Below, one piece after another: positions 1 through 9,587 of a DNA stretch of 64,000 nt; position 1 is the first letter of the stretch; every line of letters starts with the position of its first letter. The DNA lies in the IMG/VR virus record IMGVR_UViG_3300043466_001817, positions 30,096 through 94,095 of that record; one strand, given 5' to 3'. This stretch comes from a virus. Both the position numbers and the translations under genes were made by a program. The notes under the pieces were generated by a model, which was not told the origin of the DNA, did no database searches, and saw nothing but the letters and a program-made list of their open reading frames with translations.

Positions 1-1126
1 GGATGAACAAGGAAATTTAAATCCACAAGCATCTTATGAAAACTTCCAACAACAAATAATCAAGGCATCAAAGAGCCTTTTCAAGAAAGAATCAACGGGT
101 GAGTCTTCCCCATTGTTAAATGCAATTTCAACTTCAATTTTGGGTGCATATCTAAGAGGAGATGGATTAAAGAAACCACAAGAGCAACCAACACACGTAT
201 TGACTGCAAACGGTGTATTTCCACTATCTCCAGATTATATTTCAGAAATTTCCAAAACAGCGATAATTAGTGTTAAAAAAAATGACAATCCAATAAACAG
301 TGAAAACTTGACATCTTACAATAAAAATGCTGGATCTATATTGGCAAAGTATAGAACTATAGTTGAAGCAAAAGAACAAAAAACTCCAAGTTTGAAAGAA
401 TTGGTAGTTGATAAAGATAAAATAAATCCATTACAAATGGTTGCATCTGATTTGGTCAATTCGTATAACTTCGATTTCAATGCAAGTTTGATTCCAGGAT
501 TTAGTCCAAAGGATCTAAATGCTGTTGAATACAACTATGTAAAAATTGATAACAAGCAAGTAAAGATTCCTGTAGTAAGAGCATCAAAAATAGCAAGCGA
601 TTTGGTCGCAGAAGATGCAATAATTTTAAATGATCTTATTATTGAAGCATTGACAAATAATTTTGTTCTTTCTTCACTTGTTCAAAATCGACTGATTGAT
701 TCTGTAGAGGCATCATTGTTACAAACACCAACTGTTCTTTTAGAACAAAATGGTTATGACCCAAATGATATATTGGCCACAATTTATCATAATAGTTTAG
801 AAAGGTTGAACGAAGATCCAACTCTTCTTGTTTACAGTTTATATTCTATTCAAGAAGAAGCTGCCCGTGATTATAAGAAAGAATATAGAAATTATCACGG
901 AAAACCAAAACAACGCAAAGAGCGTGCTGCCAGAACTCGTGCAAGAGAACTAATGAAGAAAAAAGGCAGAGTTCGTAAAGGTGACGGCAAGGATATAGAT
1001 CATAAAAAGCCTTTGAGATCCGGTGGTTCAAACGGTATAAATAATTTACGTGTCCGTGAAAAATCAGATAATAGATCTGACAATGGACACAAAAAAGGCG
1101 AGAAGCAGAACAAGGATTGGAAATGA
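1..1126 (+). CDS. Partial large protein (open from window start) with C-terminal HNH-like module
   Basis: Frame is open from position 2; C-terminal RDYKKEY...DGKDIDHKKPL..GGSN...NLRV...NR resembles small phage HNH domains. Confidence 0.65.
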   Translation, partial: DEQGNLNPQASYENFQQQIIKASKSLFKKESTGESSPLLNAISTSILGAYLRGDGLKKPQEQPTHVLTANGVFPLSPDYISEISKTAIISVKKNDNPINSENLTSYNKNAGSILAKYRTIVEAKEQKTPSLKELVVDKDKINPLQMVASDLVNSYNFDFNASLIPGFSPKDLNAVEYNYVKIDNKQVKIPVVRASKIASDLVAEDAIILNDLIIEALTNNFVLSSLVQNRLIDSVEASLLQTPTVLLEQNGYDPNDILATIYHNSLERLNEDPTLLVYSLYSIQEEAARDYKKEYRNYHGKPKQRKERAARTRARELMKKKGRVRKGDGKDIDHKKPLRSGGSNGINNLRVREKSDNRSDNGHKKGEKQNKDWK

Positions 1127-2268
1127 CCTCTAAAACAGTACAAGTTATTCTAGAAAAAGTGTATGAAAAGTCTGGTTTAGGTAAATGGTTCAATAAAGAA
1201 TCTGCTGGCGGTGGTCCGGGATGGGATCGTTATAATACCAAAGGCGAGAGAGTTGGCAAGTGTGGTGATGCTGATGAAGGTGATCCTTATTCTGCTTGCT
1301 TGAGCAGACAAAAAGCAGATAAATTGGGCAAAGATGGAATATCTTCTTTCGTTCGTCGCAAGAGAGCAGCACAAAAGAAGGCAGGAAGAGGTAAGAAGGG
1401 AACTTCTGAAAAAAAGGGAAAGAAACCAATCTTTGTAAAAACCGGGGCATCTGAAGTAAAGGAATCATTTGATACTTTTATTGCAGAAAGTGTATCTGGT
1501 GTATTTAAAATGGAATATTCACCAATTGAGGCAAAAGATCTTTTGCCGTGTGATTTAATCATAAATGAATCTGGTCAAGTTTTTGAAGTAGATTCTTTAG
1601 AATTGAATGAACAAAATTGGATTGTAACCATGTCTGATGAATATGGTCAACAACATCAAGAAACATTTTTACCAGAAACAACAATGGGATTCATTGACAA
1701 TCTGGAAGAATTGATGGAAGAAGAATGTGGTGAACAACTTGAACTATTTGAAGATGATAAGAAGAAAGTCAAGTTGAATAAGATCATGCGTGGAGATGTC
1801 AAGAAGTACAAGGTTTATGTAAAAAATGACAAAGGCAATGTAGTCAAAGTAAACTTTGGTGATCCAAACATGGAAATCAAGAGAGATGATCCTGCACGCA
1901 GAAAGAACTTCCGTGCTCGCCACAACTGCGATAATCCAGGACCAAGATGGAAGGCTCGTTATTGGGCTTGCAAGACATGGAGTTCACAAACAGTAACTTC
2001 AATGTTGAAGGAAGGCGTAGATCTCACAGAAGAAAAGAAAAACAAACCAAAGAGTTCTAAAAAGTGGAATTCTTGCATTGCCCAAGCCAAGGCAAAGTTT
2101 GATGTATATCCAAGTGCATATGCCAATGCATGGGCCGCCAAATGCTATAAAGGCAAGGGTGGAAAGTGGAAGAAAGTAAATGAAGGAGTGGTTCAAGATA
2201 TCCTTGAATCATTTGAAAATTTAGAGTATAACCCAAATCTTTGGGGTCACCTAGACAATTCTAAATAA
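1123..2268 (+). CDS. Mosaic conserved T4-like phage protein with basic modules, probable virion/internal protein
   Basis: Motifs GLGKWF..E..W, VKVNFGDPNM..KRDDPARRKNFRARHNC..ARYWAC and KFDVYPSAYANAW recur in aquatic T4-like phages. Confidence 0.6.
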   Translation: MTSKTVQVILEKVYEKSGLGKWFNKESAGGGPGWDRYNTKGERVGKCGDADEGDPYSACLSRQKADKLGKDGISSFVRRKRAAQKKAGRGKKGTSEKKGKKPIFVKTGASEVKESFDTFIAESVSGVFKMEYSPIEAKDLLPCDLIINESGQVFEVDSLELNEQNWIVTMSDEYGQQHQETFLPETTMGFIDNLEELMEEECGEQLELFEDDKKKVKLNKIMRGDVKKYKVYVKNDKGNVVKVNFGDPNMEIKRDDPARRKNFRARHNCDNPGPRWKARYWACKTWSSQTVTSMLKEGVDLTEEKKNKPKSSKKWNSCIAQAKAKFDVYPSAYANAWAAKCYKGKGGKWKKVNEGVVQDILESFENLEYNPNLWGHLDNSK

Positions 2269-2278
2269 AAGGGAAGCC

Positions 2279-2839
2279 ATGAAATTCAAACAACTATTAT
2301 CAAAAATTGAATCGCTACAAGAAAATGCACCAGAACAAACTTTTGGTGGCGGTCTCTACATTGGAGATCCGAATGCCCCAAAAAATCAAAGTCCACTCAC
2401 CAACAAAGGAACTTTTAATCTAAAACTTCCTTACTCAGTTGATGCAATCAATGCAATGTTGGCTGCAATGTCATCTAAAGATTACATTGATCCATCTGAA
2501 ATGTTGGGTGTAGTAAAGCAAAAATTAAATCACTTTGGTTTAGATTTCTGCACAAAAAGACAAAATGAATTGTTTAGCGGTGATGGTTTGACCCAATTCC
2601 CACTAGTTCAATATGGTAGCACACAATTGGGCGTCTATGGTCAAAATCCATATGATGATATCAATGTAAAGGGATTCAAGCAAGGTGATGGAATCACAGA
2701 AAAGTTAGGACACGGACTATCTTTGACTGTCAGCATCCAAAAGAATCCAAATGGCTTAAGAAGAATGAACATGATTATCGTACCATCAGAGAGCGATCCA
2801 GAGATCGCAGGTGAATCTGACTGTGGCTGTATGCACTGA
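2279..2839 (+). CDS. Hypothetical protein, late promoter upstream
   Basis: ORF; CTAAATA just upstream; MKFKQLL..IE N-terminus. Confidence 0.6.
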   Translation: MKFKQLLSKIESLQENAPEQTFGGGLYIGDPNAPKNQSPLTNKGTFNLKLPYSVDAINAMLAAMSSKDYIDPSEMLGVVKQKLNHFGLDFCTKRQNELFSGDGLTQFPLVQYGSTQLGVYGQNPYDDINVKGFKQGDGITEKLGHGLSLTVSIQKNPNGLRRMNMIIVPSESDPEIAGESDCGCMH

Positions 2840-2846
2840 TAAACTA

Positions 2847-3242
2847 ATGAAAGATAAACTAACCTTGACAGAAGATAATTTTTTAGATTTCTGTCAAGGT
2901 TGTTATTTTAATCCAGAATGCTCTGGAAAAAATGAATTTGTAGATGATTTGAAGAGAATAAAGTACATAAAGAGACTTTTGCAGAAGATTCATAAACATA
3001 AAACTTTGAAATCAATAAGAGAAAGATTGATTTTAAACCATCTCATAATTTTGAGAAATGTATTCGGTGAGGAAAATTCCTGCCGAATTTTATTTTTTAA
3101 ACTTGAGCCAAAATTGCATTCTTATTTGAAATCTTTTCTGGTTTATCTTGAATTCAGTGTCAAGAACGTTCCAGAAGTAAATTATTCATTATTGAATACA
3201 GATCCCAGAGTTGACAGAAAACTCTCTTTGGCTGAAAACTAA
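2847..3242 (+). CDS. Conserved T4-like hypothetical protein
   Basis: LTEDNF...NPEC...EFVDDLKRIKYIKRLL...ERLILNHLIIL.NVFG motif typical of cyanophage-like T4 phages. Confidence 0.7.
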   Translation: MKDKLTLTEDNFLDFCQGCYFNPECSGKNEFVDDLKRIKYIKRLLQKIHKHKTLKSIRERLILNHLIILRNVFGEENSCRILFFKLEPKLHSYLKSFLVYLEFSVKNVPEVNYSLLNTDPRVDRKLSLAEN

Positions 3243-3251
3243 ATATTTTTG

Positions 3252-5102
3252 ATGCTTTCCAGTAATCTAGTATCCTCGTTTTACTTCAATAACTTTGCAG
3301 CAGCAATTTCTGAGCCATTCACATCTTTAAATGCATATCGTGCAGGGGTCATAGACCAAGATGGGAACATTCTAAAGCCAGAAAGCAGCATAGATCCATT
3401 TGAATATTTGGTAATAAAATTAAAGAAGATCATTGCTGAACTTCCTTATGGTGTGACCAAATCAAAATTAAGTTCATACATTCCTGCTCTTCAATATTTT
3501 TCTGAAGAAGCAGCATCATTTGGTATTGATAAAGAACAAATGGACCTATTGATTGAGGGATTCATAACAGTAGAATCAAACGGAAATGCCAGTTATCTTG
3601 AATTGAAAGAAGACATGGCCTCGGGGAACTTAGGCGGGCCTGCTTCATCACCGACTCAAAATACTGGCTCTGTAACTGGTTTTGATCCACCTCTTGGCGG
3701 AATGTTCAGAAGAAAGCCACAACAATCTGTATTGGGATTTGAGAAGCAATCATGTGAGATGTATGATGTATGCCCAGAAGATTTTGATCTATACTCAAAT
3801 CCAAATATAAAATCTTGGGATGAAATTGAAGATAGTCCAACAAAGAGATTGATGCAAAGATCTCAAAGAAGAAATGGTGGATCAACAATCGTTATTCGTG
3901 ATATTGGATCCAATCGTTATCATAAATTAAATTTGGCTCCAAGAAACATTTCAAAGATGTTTGAGGATGTAGATTTGTCAATATTTAAAACTGTATTATC
4001 TGAAGAACAAGCAGCAACAGTTGCATTTCAAGATAATTCGTCTCAAAGAGAAACAAACGTGGCAGTTCAAACAAATAATCAGGAAAGAAGAGAATTAAAA
4101 AACCCTCAACATGTAAAAAAAATGGCTGAAGGCCATTTATTAAACATAATGGGAACTATTAAATCTCAATCAAAAAATGAAGCATTGAGAAGTCATGCTG
4201 CTTTACATGAAATTCGAACAAGAATGGCAATGACTTTAATTGGTATGCATGATTCTGCTTTAGATGATGAAGGTTCAAGACAAGGAATTGCACAAGATTA
4301 TTTTGAACAAATATCAGAGCCGTCATACGTTAGCAAAGCCATAAGTGCTCCCGGAAAAGATTTTATAGCATATTCCAGAAATGCTCGTAAAAATGAATCA
4401 GGAAAATATGAATTTGTAGCAGGTGAAACTAAACATAGACCATCTGGAAGAATATCAATTCCAACTAAACCAATTTTAAGTGCTTATGATACAGATATTG
4501 ACAGAGAAATAGCACAAACTACATTTGAACGCGGACATTCATTTTCTGAACGTGGATCTGGATCTTCTTCGATAAGACCTACTGGAAAAACTAAAGAATT
4601 GTGGAATGTAATTGCACAAGAACCAATTAAAAAATTAATGGGAGGTCTTGCAGAAACAGAAATAGGAAGAGGAACTATACCACACTCATTGAGTGTGTCT
4701 GGTGGATTTAATCCAGTATTAGTACATGGTTCTGGTGTATTAGATTTTGCCCATTATCTAGCAACTCATAAATCTAAACAAGGGAATGTTGGTATTAGAA
4801 CTATAAGACCTACTAGTTCACCATCAAGAGTTCAAACGGAATTTGGTGATGTTAAAATTCCTGAACAGATGGCTCACTTATTAGACTCGGTTCGCAAACA
4901 AAATCAAAGACAAATAATTGTAGACGACAAGCACATTAAACATCTAAGAAATAGAATGTTAGGTGATAATCCTACAGAAGAGCATAAATCCGATGTAGAT
5001 GCTATAATTGGAGACTGGACAAAAGAAATGTCATTAGGTGGTTTCTATAAACCAAACAGAGAAATTGCTCTAACAGGATCACAAATATCCGAAGTACTAT
5101 AA
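3252..5102 (+). CDS. Hypothetical protein with conserved T4-like N-terminal domain
   Basis: PFT...AYRAGVIDQDGNILK motif; CTAAATA directly upstream. Confidence 0.6.
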   Translation: MLSSNLVSSFYFNNFAAAISEPFTSLNAYRAGVIDQDGNILKPESSIDPFEYLVIKLKKIIAELPYGVTKSKLSSYIPALQYFSEEAASFGIDKEQMDLLIEGFITVESNGNASYLELKEDMASGNLGGPASSPTQNTGSVTGFDPPLGGMFRRKPQQSVLGFEKQSCEMYDVCPEDFDLYSNPNIKSWDEIEDSPTKRLMQRSQRRNGGSTIVIRDIGSNRYHKLNLAPRNISKMFEDVDLSIFKTVLSEEQAATVAFQDNSSQRETNVAVQTNNQERRELKNPQHVKKMAEGHLLNIMGTIKSQSKNEALRSHAALHEIRTRMAMTLIGMHDSALDDEGSRQGIAQDYFEQISEPSYVSKAISAPGKDFIAYSRNARKNESGKYEFVAGETKHRPSGRISIPTKPILSAYDTDIDREIAQTTFERGHSFSERGSGSSSIRPTGKTKELWNVIAQEPIKKLMGGLAETEIGRGTIPHSLSVSGGFNPVLVHGSGVLDFAHYLATHKSKQGNVGIRTIRPTSSPSRVQTEFGDVKIPEQMAHLLDSVRKQNQRQIIVDDKHIKHLRNRMLGDNPTEEHKSDVDAIIGDWTKEMSLGGFYKPNREIALTGSQISEVL

Positions 5103-5324
5103 TTACTCCTGAATAAACTGCTGACCTTCATTCATATTGTTTTTGCCTACTGCTTCTCTTGCTTCTCTGACAATTTTGTCGTTACAATCATTAAATCCAC
5201 TTTTGTATTCATAGAACATGGTATCTGACCAGTCTACTGGCTTTACATAAGGACGGTCTTTGCCAGCATATCTGTCATTCCAGCCCATATTGTAATGCTT
5301 GCCGGGGATATATCCTTCGTTCAT
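5103..5324 (-). CDS. Hypothetical protein
   Basis: ORF translationally coupled within minus-strand operon. Confidence 0.55.
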   Translation of the reverse strand: MNEGYIPGKHYNMGWNDRYAGKDRPYVKPVDWSDTMFYEYKSGFNDCNDKIVREAREAVGKNNMNEGQQFIQE

Positions 5325-5734
5325 TTTTCATCCTTTGGAAAATCTGTAATGAATGGATTCATGCTGTTGAGAATCTTGTCAAGAGTTTTGACATAAGCAT
5401 ACTGTTCAGTGATGTTAAGATAACCACGAATCTCTAGTAGTCTCTGATAATCATCAGGCATGATTACAGTTCTTGAGACCTTCATGTTTGGATTTTGACG
5501 AGGCCGTCTCTTATTGTTCATTGGCCTCTTGTTTTGAGAATCAATATTTCCAAACATCTTCATGATGTCATCATATGACATGTAGTTAGATGCGTTGTCT
5601 TTCTGCATCTTATTCCAGTCTTCCCACATGTTCTTAAACTTATCGTTGAATGGTCCCATATAGAAAAAGCCATCATCTGGACGCTCAGGACCAAAGTTTT
5701 CAAAATCATCGTTGTTTGAATTATTGTCTCTCAT
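5321..5734 (-). CDS. Hypothetical protein
   Basis: ATG at 5734 preceded by AAGGA. Confidence 0.55.
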   Translation of the reverse strand: MRDNNSNNDDFENFGPERPDDGFFYMGPFNDKFKNMWEDWNKMQKDNASNYMSYDDIMKMFGNIDSQNKRPMNNKRRPRQNPNMKVSRTVIMPDDYQRLLEIRGYLNITEQYAYVKTLDKILNSMNPFITDFPKDEK

Positions 5735-6041
5735 TGTTATCCTTTTGGTTGATGTCGAAGAACTGCTCGTACAGTACCTTGCCACGATTGTCTGTGACAG
5801 ATAGGTATCTGATATGGCGCTCCACTGCGTCAGTAATGCTCAGTGCGTCGTTTGGACCAAATGAGATGTGCTTGATCCAAGCAGGATTCCCACCGATGGA
5901 GATCCGAACTTCATGACCATCTGCATTGGTTCCGAAGAAATCAAATGAAAAATTATCACCAGTAAAGTAAGTGAAGAAGCAATCGACATCATCGTACTTC
6001 TTGCGGACCTGATCTAAGGTCAATGTATTTGACTTAACCAT
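5721..6041 (-). CDS. Hypothetical protein
   Basis: Overlapping operon gene. Confidence 0.55.
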   Translation of the reverse strand: MVKSNTLTLDQVRKKYDDVDCFFTYFTGDNFSFDFFGTNADGHEVRISIGGNPAWIKHISFGPNDALSITDAVERHIRYLSVTDNRGKVLYEQFFDINQKDNNERQ

Positions 6042-6207
6042 TTGGTAGTCTCTTTAGCTTGACTGATAGAGGAAGTTGGCCAATCTCGTCAAGCTTACGA
6101 AGAGTTCCAACCTTAGCGTTCATGAGTTCCCGTGCACGAACACGCTTCTTGCGCTCATGACGACGCTTGTTCTTACGACTTAGAATACGCTGTTTTGAAT
6201 TAGGCAT
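6034..6207 (-). CDS. Small basic protein
   Basis: K/R-rich ORF with AAGGAG upstream. Confidence 0.5.
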   Translation of the reverse strand: MPNSKQRILSRKNKRRHERKKRVRARELMNAKVGTLRKLDEIGQLPLSVKLKRLPNG

Positions 6208-6229
6208 AAAAATATACACTCCTTATTAT

Positions 6230-6640
6230 TTATTCGTCAATTAGGTTGAGTCTGGATTCAATATCATCAAGACGATCATTGATCTCAAGGATATTATCGT
6301 TTTGCTGGGCCTTGATCTGTTGTTCAAGACTTCTTATAATTTTGTTCTGAAGTTCCAGTGCATCTGCATAATACTTCAGATTAGACTCCATAGTCTTAAT
6401 TTTTTGCCACAAACCATTGATTTGCTCGGTGAGTTTATGGCTCATGCTTTCATCATAGGTATAATTGTAACTCTTATTCATGGTCTTATTTTTCCAATCA
6501 ATTTCAGACATATCAAGTTTTACTGGTTTAGTTTTATAAGCCGCTTTTTTAATTTCTTCTTTTATAACAGATTCTATTTCAATATCAATATCGGCTAGAA
6601 GATCTTCTTCAAGAATTGGATCAGTTTGATTTTTATCCAT
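6230..6640 (-). CDS. Coiled-coil hypothetical protein, leaderless sigma70 promoter
   Basis: TTGACA-N16-TATACT-N6-ATG. Confidence 0.6.
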   Translation of the reverse strand: MDKNQTDPILEEDLLADIDIEIESVIKEEIKKAAYKTKPVKLDMSEIDWKNKTMNKSYNYTYDESMSHKLTEQINGLWQKIKTMESNLKYYADALELQNKIIRSLEQQIKAQQNDNILEINDRLDDIESRLNLIDE

Positions 6641-6699
6641 GCACATAGTATACACTGTAATCAGCAGTTGTCAAATAACAACACCCCTTTCGGGGTGCG

Positions 6700-7018
6700 G
6701 GTCGATTCAGATGCGGGAGACCAAACCCCACTGCTTCAAGCAGCCATTGCCATAGGTGCGGCAATCAATTTTTGCAACGGTTTATTTACGACACTTGTTA
6801 CCCGTGTCGGGCATCTCCTTCTTCAATACTCTGCGCCAATCGAAGCCAGTTCAGCCCCTAGATCCCGAAGCCTAGGACTTCGGGGATTGCCCCCTGCAAG
6901 AGGACTTGACTCGCCATCTCTAATAGATTTGCAGAATCTATTTCGGTTAGGCTAATGGAGCCGAGGGGAATCGAACCCCTGTGTTGTTCGCATTTCTATC
7001 CGATATCAACAATACCAA
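6700..7018 (-). ncRNA. ssrA: Permuted (two-piece) tmRNA: acceptor piece about 7018-6956, intervening segment, coding piece 6858 to about 6700
   Basis: T-arm GGGGTTCGATTCCCC and CGGCTCC-A end lie upstream of the GGGGCTGAACTGGCTTCGA 5' end; the stem has a G3:U70 pair; tag frame GCC GCA CCT ATG GCA ATG GCT GCT TGA (6762-6736); terminal hairpin at 6681-6697. Confidence 0.8.
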
Positions 7019-7092
7019 TTAGGTAGAATGGATTTGAACCATCAACCTTCTCGACCCAAACGAGACGCGCTACCAAATTGCGCTACTACCTA
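7019..7092 (-). tRNA. tRNA-Pro(UGG)
   Basis: Cloverleaf; anticodon arm CTCG-TTTGGGT-CGAG; GGTTCAAATCC. Confidence 0.9.
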
Positions 7093-7107
7093 GTACAAAC
7101 TTATTTA

Positions 7108-7190
7108 GACAGTGATATGGGACTTGAACCCATTATCCAGCTTTGTCGGTCAATTTTAATAGACCGTTTTACGCTGGTACATCTCTTGTC
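7108..7190 (-). ncRNA. tRNA-like element or pseudo-tRNA lacking a D-arm
   Basis: T-arm ATGGG-TTCAAGT-CCCAT, paired ends GACA/TGTC, long central hairpin. Confidence 0.4.
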
Positions 7191-7830
7191 AAGACTGCTT
7201 GTTCCCACCAAGCGGATCACTGGTTTTTTCTATATCGTAATAATATTTGTCATCATCACCACTAAGAATCCATCTATCGCTTTTATCTTCGCATCTATAA
7301 ATTTTATCATCAACTTTGTAATCTGGATTTTCTGGAAATGGTTTAGTCGTGAAAGACATTTCTTTCCAAAAAATTCTATTGTTTGGTTGTAAGGTATAAT
7401 TTCCATTATCAAGTTCAATCATATGAAGGCATTTGTATTGACTTGGTTCATCGCTGTAAGGGTTGTCATACCAATCAAATGTCATCATATAATTTCCCCA
7501 ACAACTAGTTTTATCTTTAAAAATTACTTTTGCCCTTGCTCCATTTAAGTAATCATAAGAAATTACAGTTGACTTAATTGAAAAGCAATCCCATAGTTGA
7601 AGCAAATCCAATTGCTGAATTTCACATGGTTTGCTGCAAAGTTTATTAATTGGAACTCTACTTCTTATTGTTCCATTATCAAGCATCACATTAAATAACA
7701 TTGCTCTGCTTGGGCTTGATTGAGCTCCAAACACAGTTACCTTTTCATATTCACCTTTAAAATTTTTATCTTGATAAAGATGTTCTTTTCTTAATAAACA
7801 ATAAAAGTGTGGTATGTTAAGATTATACAT
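7189..7830 (-). CDS. Conserved phage hypothetical protein
   Basis: LNIPHFYCLLRKEHLY...QLWDCFS...QPNNRI.W; start moved to just past tRNA-Tyr. Confidence 0.65.
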   Translation of the reverse strand: MYNLNIPHFYCLLRKEHLYQDKNFKGEYEKVTVFGAQSSPSRAMLFNVMLDNGTIRSRVPINKLCSKPCEIQQLDLLQLWDCFSIKSTVISYDYLNGARAKVIFKDKTSCWGNYMMTFDWYDNPYSDEPSQYKCLHMIELDNGNYTLQPNNRIFWKEMSFTTKPFPENPDYKVDDKIYRCEDKSDRWILSGDDDKYYYDIEKTSDPLGGNKQS

Positions 7831-7833
7831 GAA

Positions 7834-7916
7834 TGCGAGCGGAGGGATTCGAACCTTCGTAGACAAAAGTCAGCAGATTTACAGTCTGCCCTCGTTGACC
7901 GCTTGAGTACACTCGC
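7834..7916 (-). tRNA. tRNA-Tyr(GUA)
   Basis: GCAGA-CTGTAAA-TCTGC anticodon arm, long variable arm. Confidence 0.92.
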
Positions 7917-7921
7917 TTAAA

Positions 7922-8044
7922 TCGGGCATTGAATCCTTTTTCCAGCCCTGATCAAGGTCTGGGAAGTATAATGCTAGCCCTGCGCGTTCTTCTACGGTAT
8001 CCCGCGCCCCACCGCTGATTGCTGCAGGGTATCAGTTATCCCGA
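7922..8044 (-). ncRNA. Candidate structured ncRNA with pseudoknot
   Basis: GC-rich non-coding block downstream of CTAAATA; closing stem TCGGG/CCCGA; loop CCCTGC complementary to GCAGGG. Confidence 0.4.
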
Positions 8045-8062
8045 GCAGCTTAATAGTTCTGA

Positions 8063-8197
8063 TTATTTAGTCTTCTTTTTTGAATTTTTCTTGGATTTCT
8101 TCTTACCAAAAATTGCTTCAAAATTTTTACCATATTGTTCCATATTTACAGGGCGGGGAGAACTTCCTTTGCCTGCACCATGTGATCCATAATCCAT
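8063..8197 (-). CDS. Small basic protein (GKGSSPRP motif)
   Basis: 44-aa ORF MDYGSHGAGKGSSPRPVNMEQYGKNFEAIFGKKK; below the ORF-track cutoff. Confidence 0.5.
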   Translation of the reverse strand: MDYGSHGAGKGSSPRPVNMEQYGKNFEAIFGKKKSKKNSKKKTK

Positions 8198-8243
8198 GCC
8201 ACCATTATGGCACGTAGAAATGCTTTGTCAACTAAATATTCAT

Positions 8244-9011
8244 ATGAAGAACAATAAAGGCTATTACAGTTGGATCCACTCTATGAAAAACGCTGCCTTG
8301 GAATCTCACTTCAAGGGTCGTGAAATGATCAATGAAGCTAAAAAAAGAACAGATGATAATTCTGATTCCGAAGATAGATATGATCCAAAAATTGCCGCTG
8401 AATTGGCCAAATTAAGACAAGAAAGAGCCGGGCAATTTACTTCAGAACTAGAAAGATCTAGACGTGCAGAAGAAGCCCAAAAAGCAGAAGCTATGCGTCC
8501 ATTATCTTTAGATGTAGAAGGGGCCGAAGAACTTCCAGATGTAGGCATACAGGCTCATAGAAGAGCCATGCGAAAAGATTTAGGAGTAGAAGATTTAAAT
8601 GGTGATGGAGTAAAAGATGCCAATGATGTTGTTGCTGATGGACAAGACGGCGTAATGGGCAATCAAAGAATTCCTGCTGGATTACCAAAAGCCCAGTGGG
8701 CAGCGGCCAGAGGCATTCAAGGCACCAAAGGATTGGGAGAAATTCCAGGAACCCATCAAGCATTGAGAGATCTCACATTGGCTTTGGATATGAGATCAAA
8801 GGGTGAACACGGAGAGCTTTCAAAGTATCACAAACAATTATTAAAGATTCACGATCAAGCCGCAAGAGATGCTTCAATTTCTAGAGAAAGAAATGTAAGA
8901 GCCGATGCTGCTGCAGAGCATGCAGATGAAATGCTAGGAGCAGGACATGGCCCGCTAGGTCTCAGATTTGAAAGTGTCAATCAAAAGATTTCAAGATTGT
9001 TGAATGGCTGA
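8244..9011 (+). CDS. Hypothetical late protein
   Basis: CTAAATA-N5-ATG; DLNGDGVKD EF-hand-like motif. Confidence 0.6.
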   Translation: MKNNKGYYSWIHSMKNAALESHFKGREMINEAKKRTDDNSDSEDRYDPKIAAELAKLRQERAGQFTSELERSRRAEEAQKAEAMRPLSLDVEGAEELPDVGIQAHRRAMRKDLGVEDLNGDGVKDANDVVADGQDGVMGNQRIPAGLPKAQWAAARGIQGTKGLGEIPGTHQALRDLTLALDMRSKGEHGELSKYHKQLLKIHDQAARDASISRERNVRADAAAEHADEMLGAGHGPLGLRFESVNQKISRLLNG

Positions 9012-9218
9012 TCAGAGATCTGGATAACCGATCTCTCTAGACCACTCCCATTCTTCCCATAACAATTTAGCAAATTCGTCGTCAGGGTCATGACGACGAA
9101 TTTCTATTTCTGCGATACCTTCAGCACAAATGTGAGCATCCATTTCCCACGAAAACCAACGCCACACATCCGGCTGCAGGATCTTGTTAGTGATCAGGCA
9201 GCGGACTTCTTTTGACAT
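9012..9218 (-). CDS. Hypothetical protein
   Basis: ORF. Confidence 0.5.
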   Translation of the reverse strand: MSKEVRCLITNKILQPDVWRWFSWEMDAHICAEGIAEIEIRRHDPDDEFAKLLWEEWEWSREIGYPDL

Positions 9219-9219
9219 G

Positions 9220-9468
9220 TTAATTCAATGTAAATGCAGTGCAACCAGCGGGTAGTGCTGCTGGTAGACCAAAAGGCTCTATTGGAAGGATATTTGGACC
9301 TTGTGGAAAGGTCAATGCTGTTTGGAATGTATTTCCGCTTCTATTTACAAAATAAAACGTAACTCCAGCAGCGGTGGCGCCAGTATTATTTACTAGAACG
9401 CCTTTGCACTTTAAAATTTTTGATCCATCTAAAGTTATTGGGTTTAATGAAAAGTATTTGTCGTACAT
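9220..9468 (-). CDS. Small late protein, possibly structural
   Basis: CTAAATA upstream. Confidence 0.55.
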   Translation of the reverse strand: MYDKYFSLNPITLDGSKILKCKGVLVNNTGATAAGVTFYFVNRSGNTFQTALTFPQGPNILPIEPFGLPAALPAGCTAFTLN

Positions 9469-9503
9469 GTTACAAATATTTAGTAATAGATAAATACTTT
9501 AAA

Positions 9504-9575
9504 TGCGGCTGGAGGGAATCGAACCCTCGTGACGGGTTTGGAAAACCCGCGTAATGGCCGTTATACGACAGCCGC
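9504..9575 (-). tRNA. tRNA-Gly(UCC)
   Basis: CGGGT-TTTCCAA-ACCCG; GGTTCGATTCC. Confidence 0.92.
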
Positions 9576-9587
9576 AGAAAGACAAAT

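Noticed and set aside
6626-7392. Plus-strand ORFs 6626-6955 and 7078-7392
   Set aside because: Antisense to tmRNA, tRNA-Pro and a real minus-strand gene.
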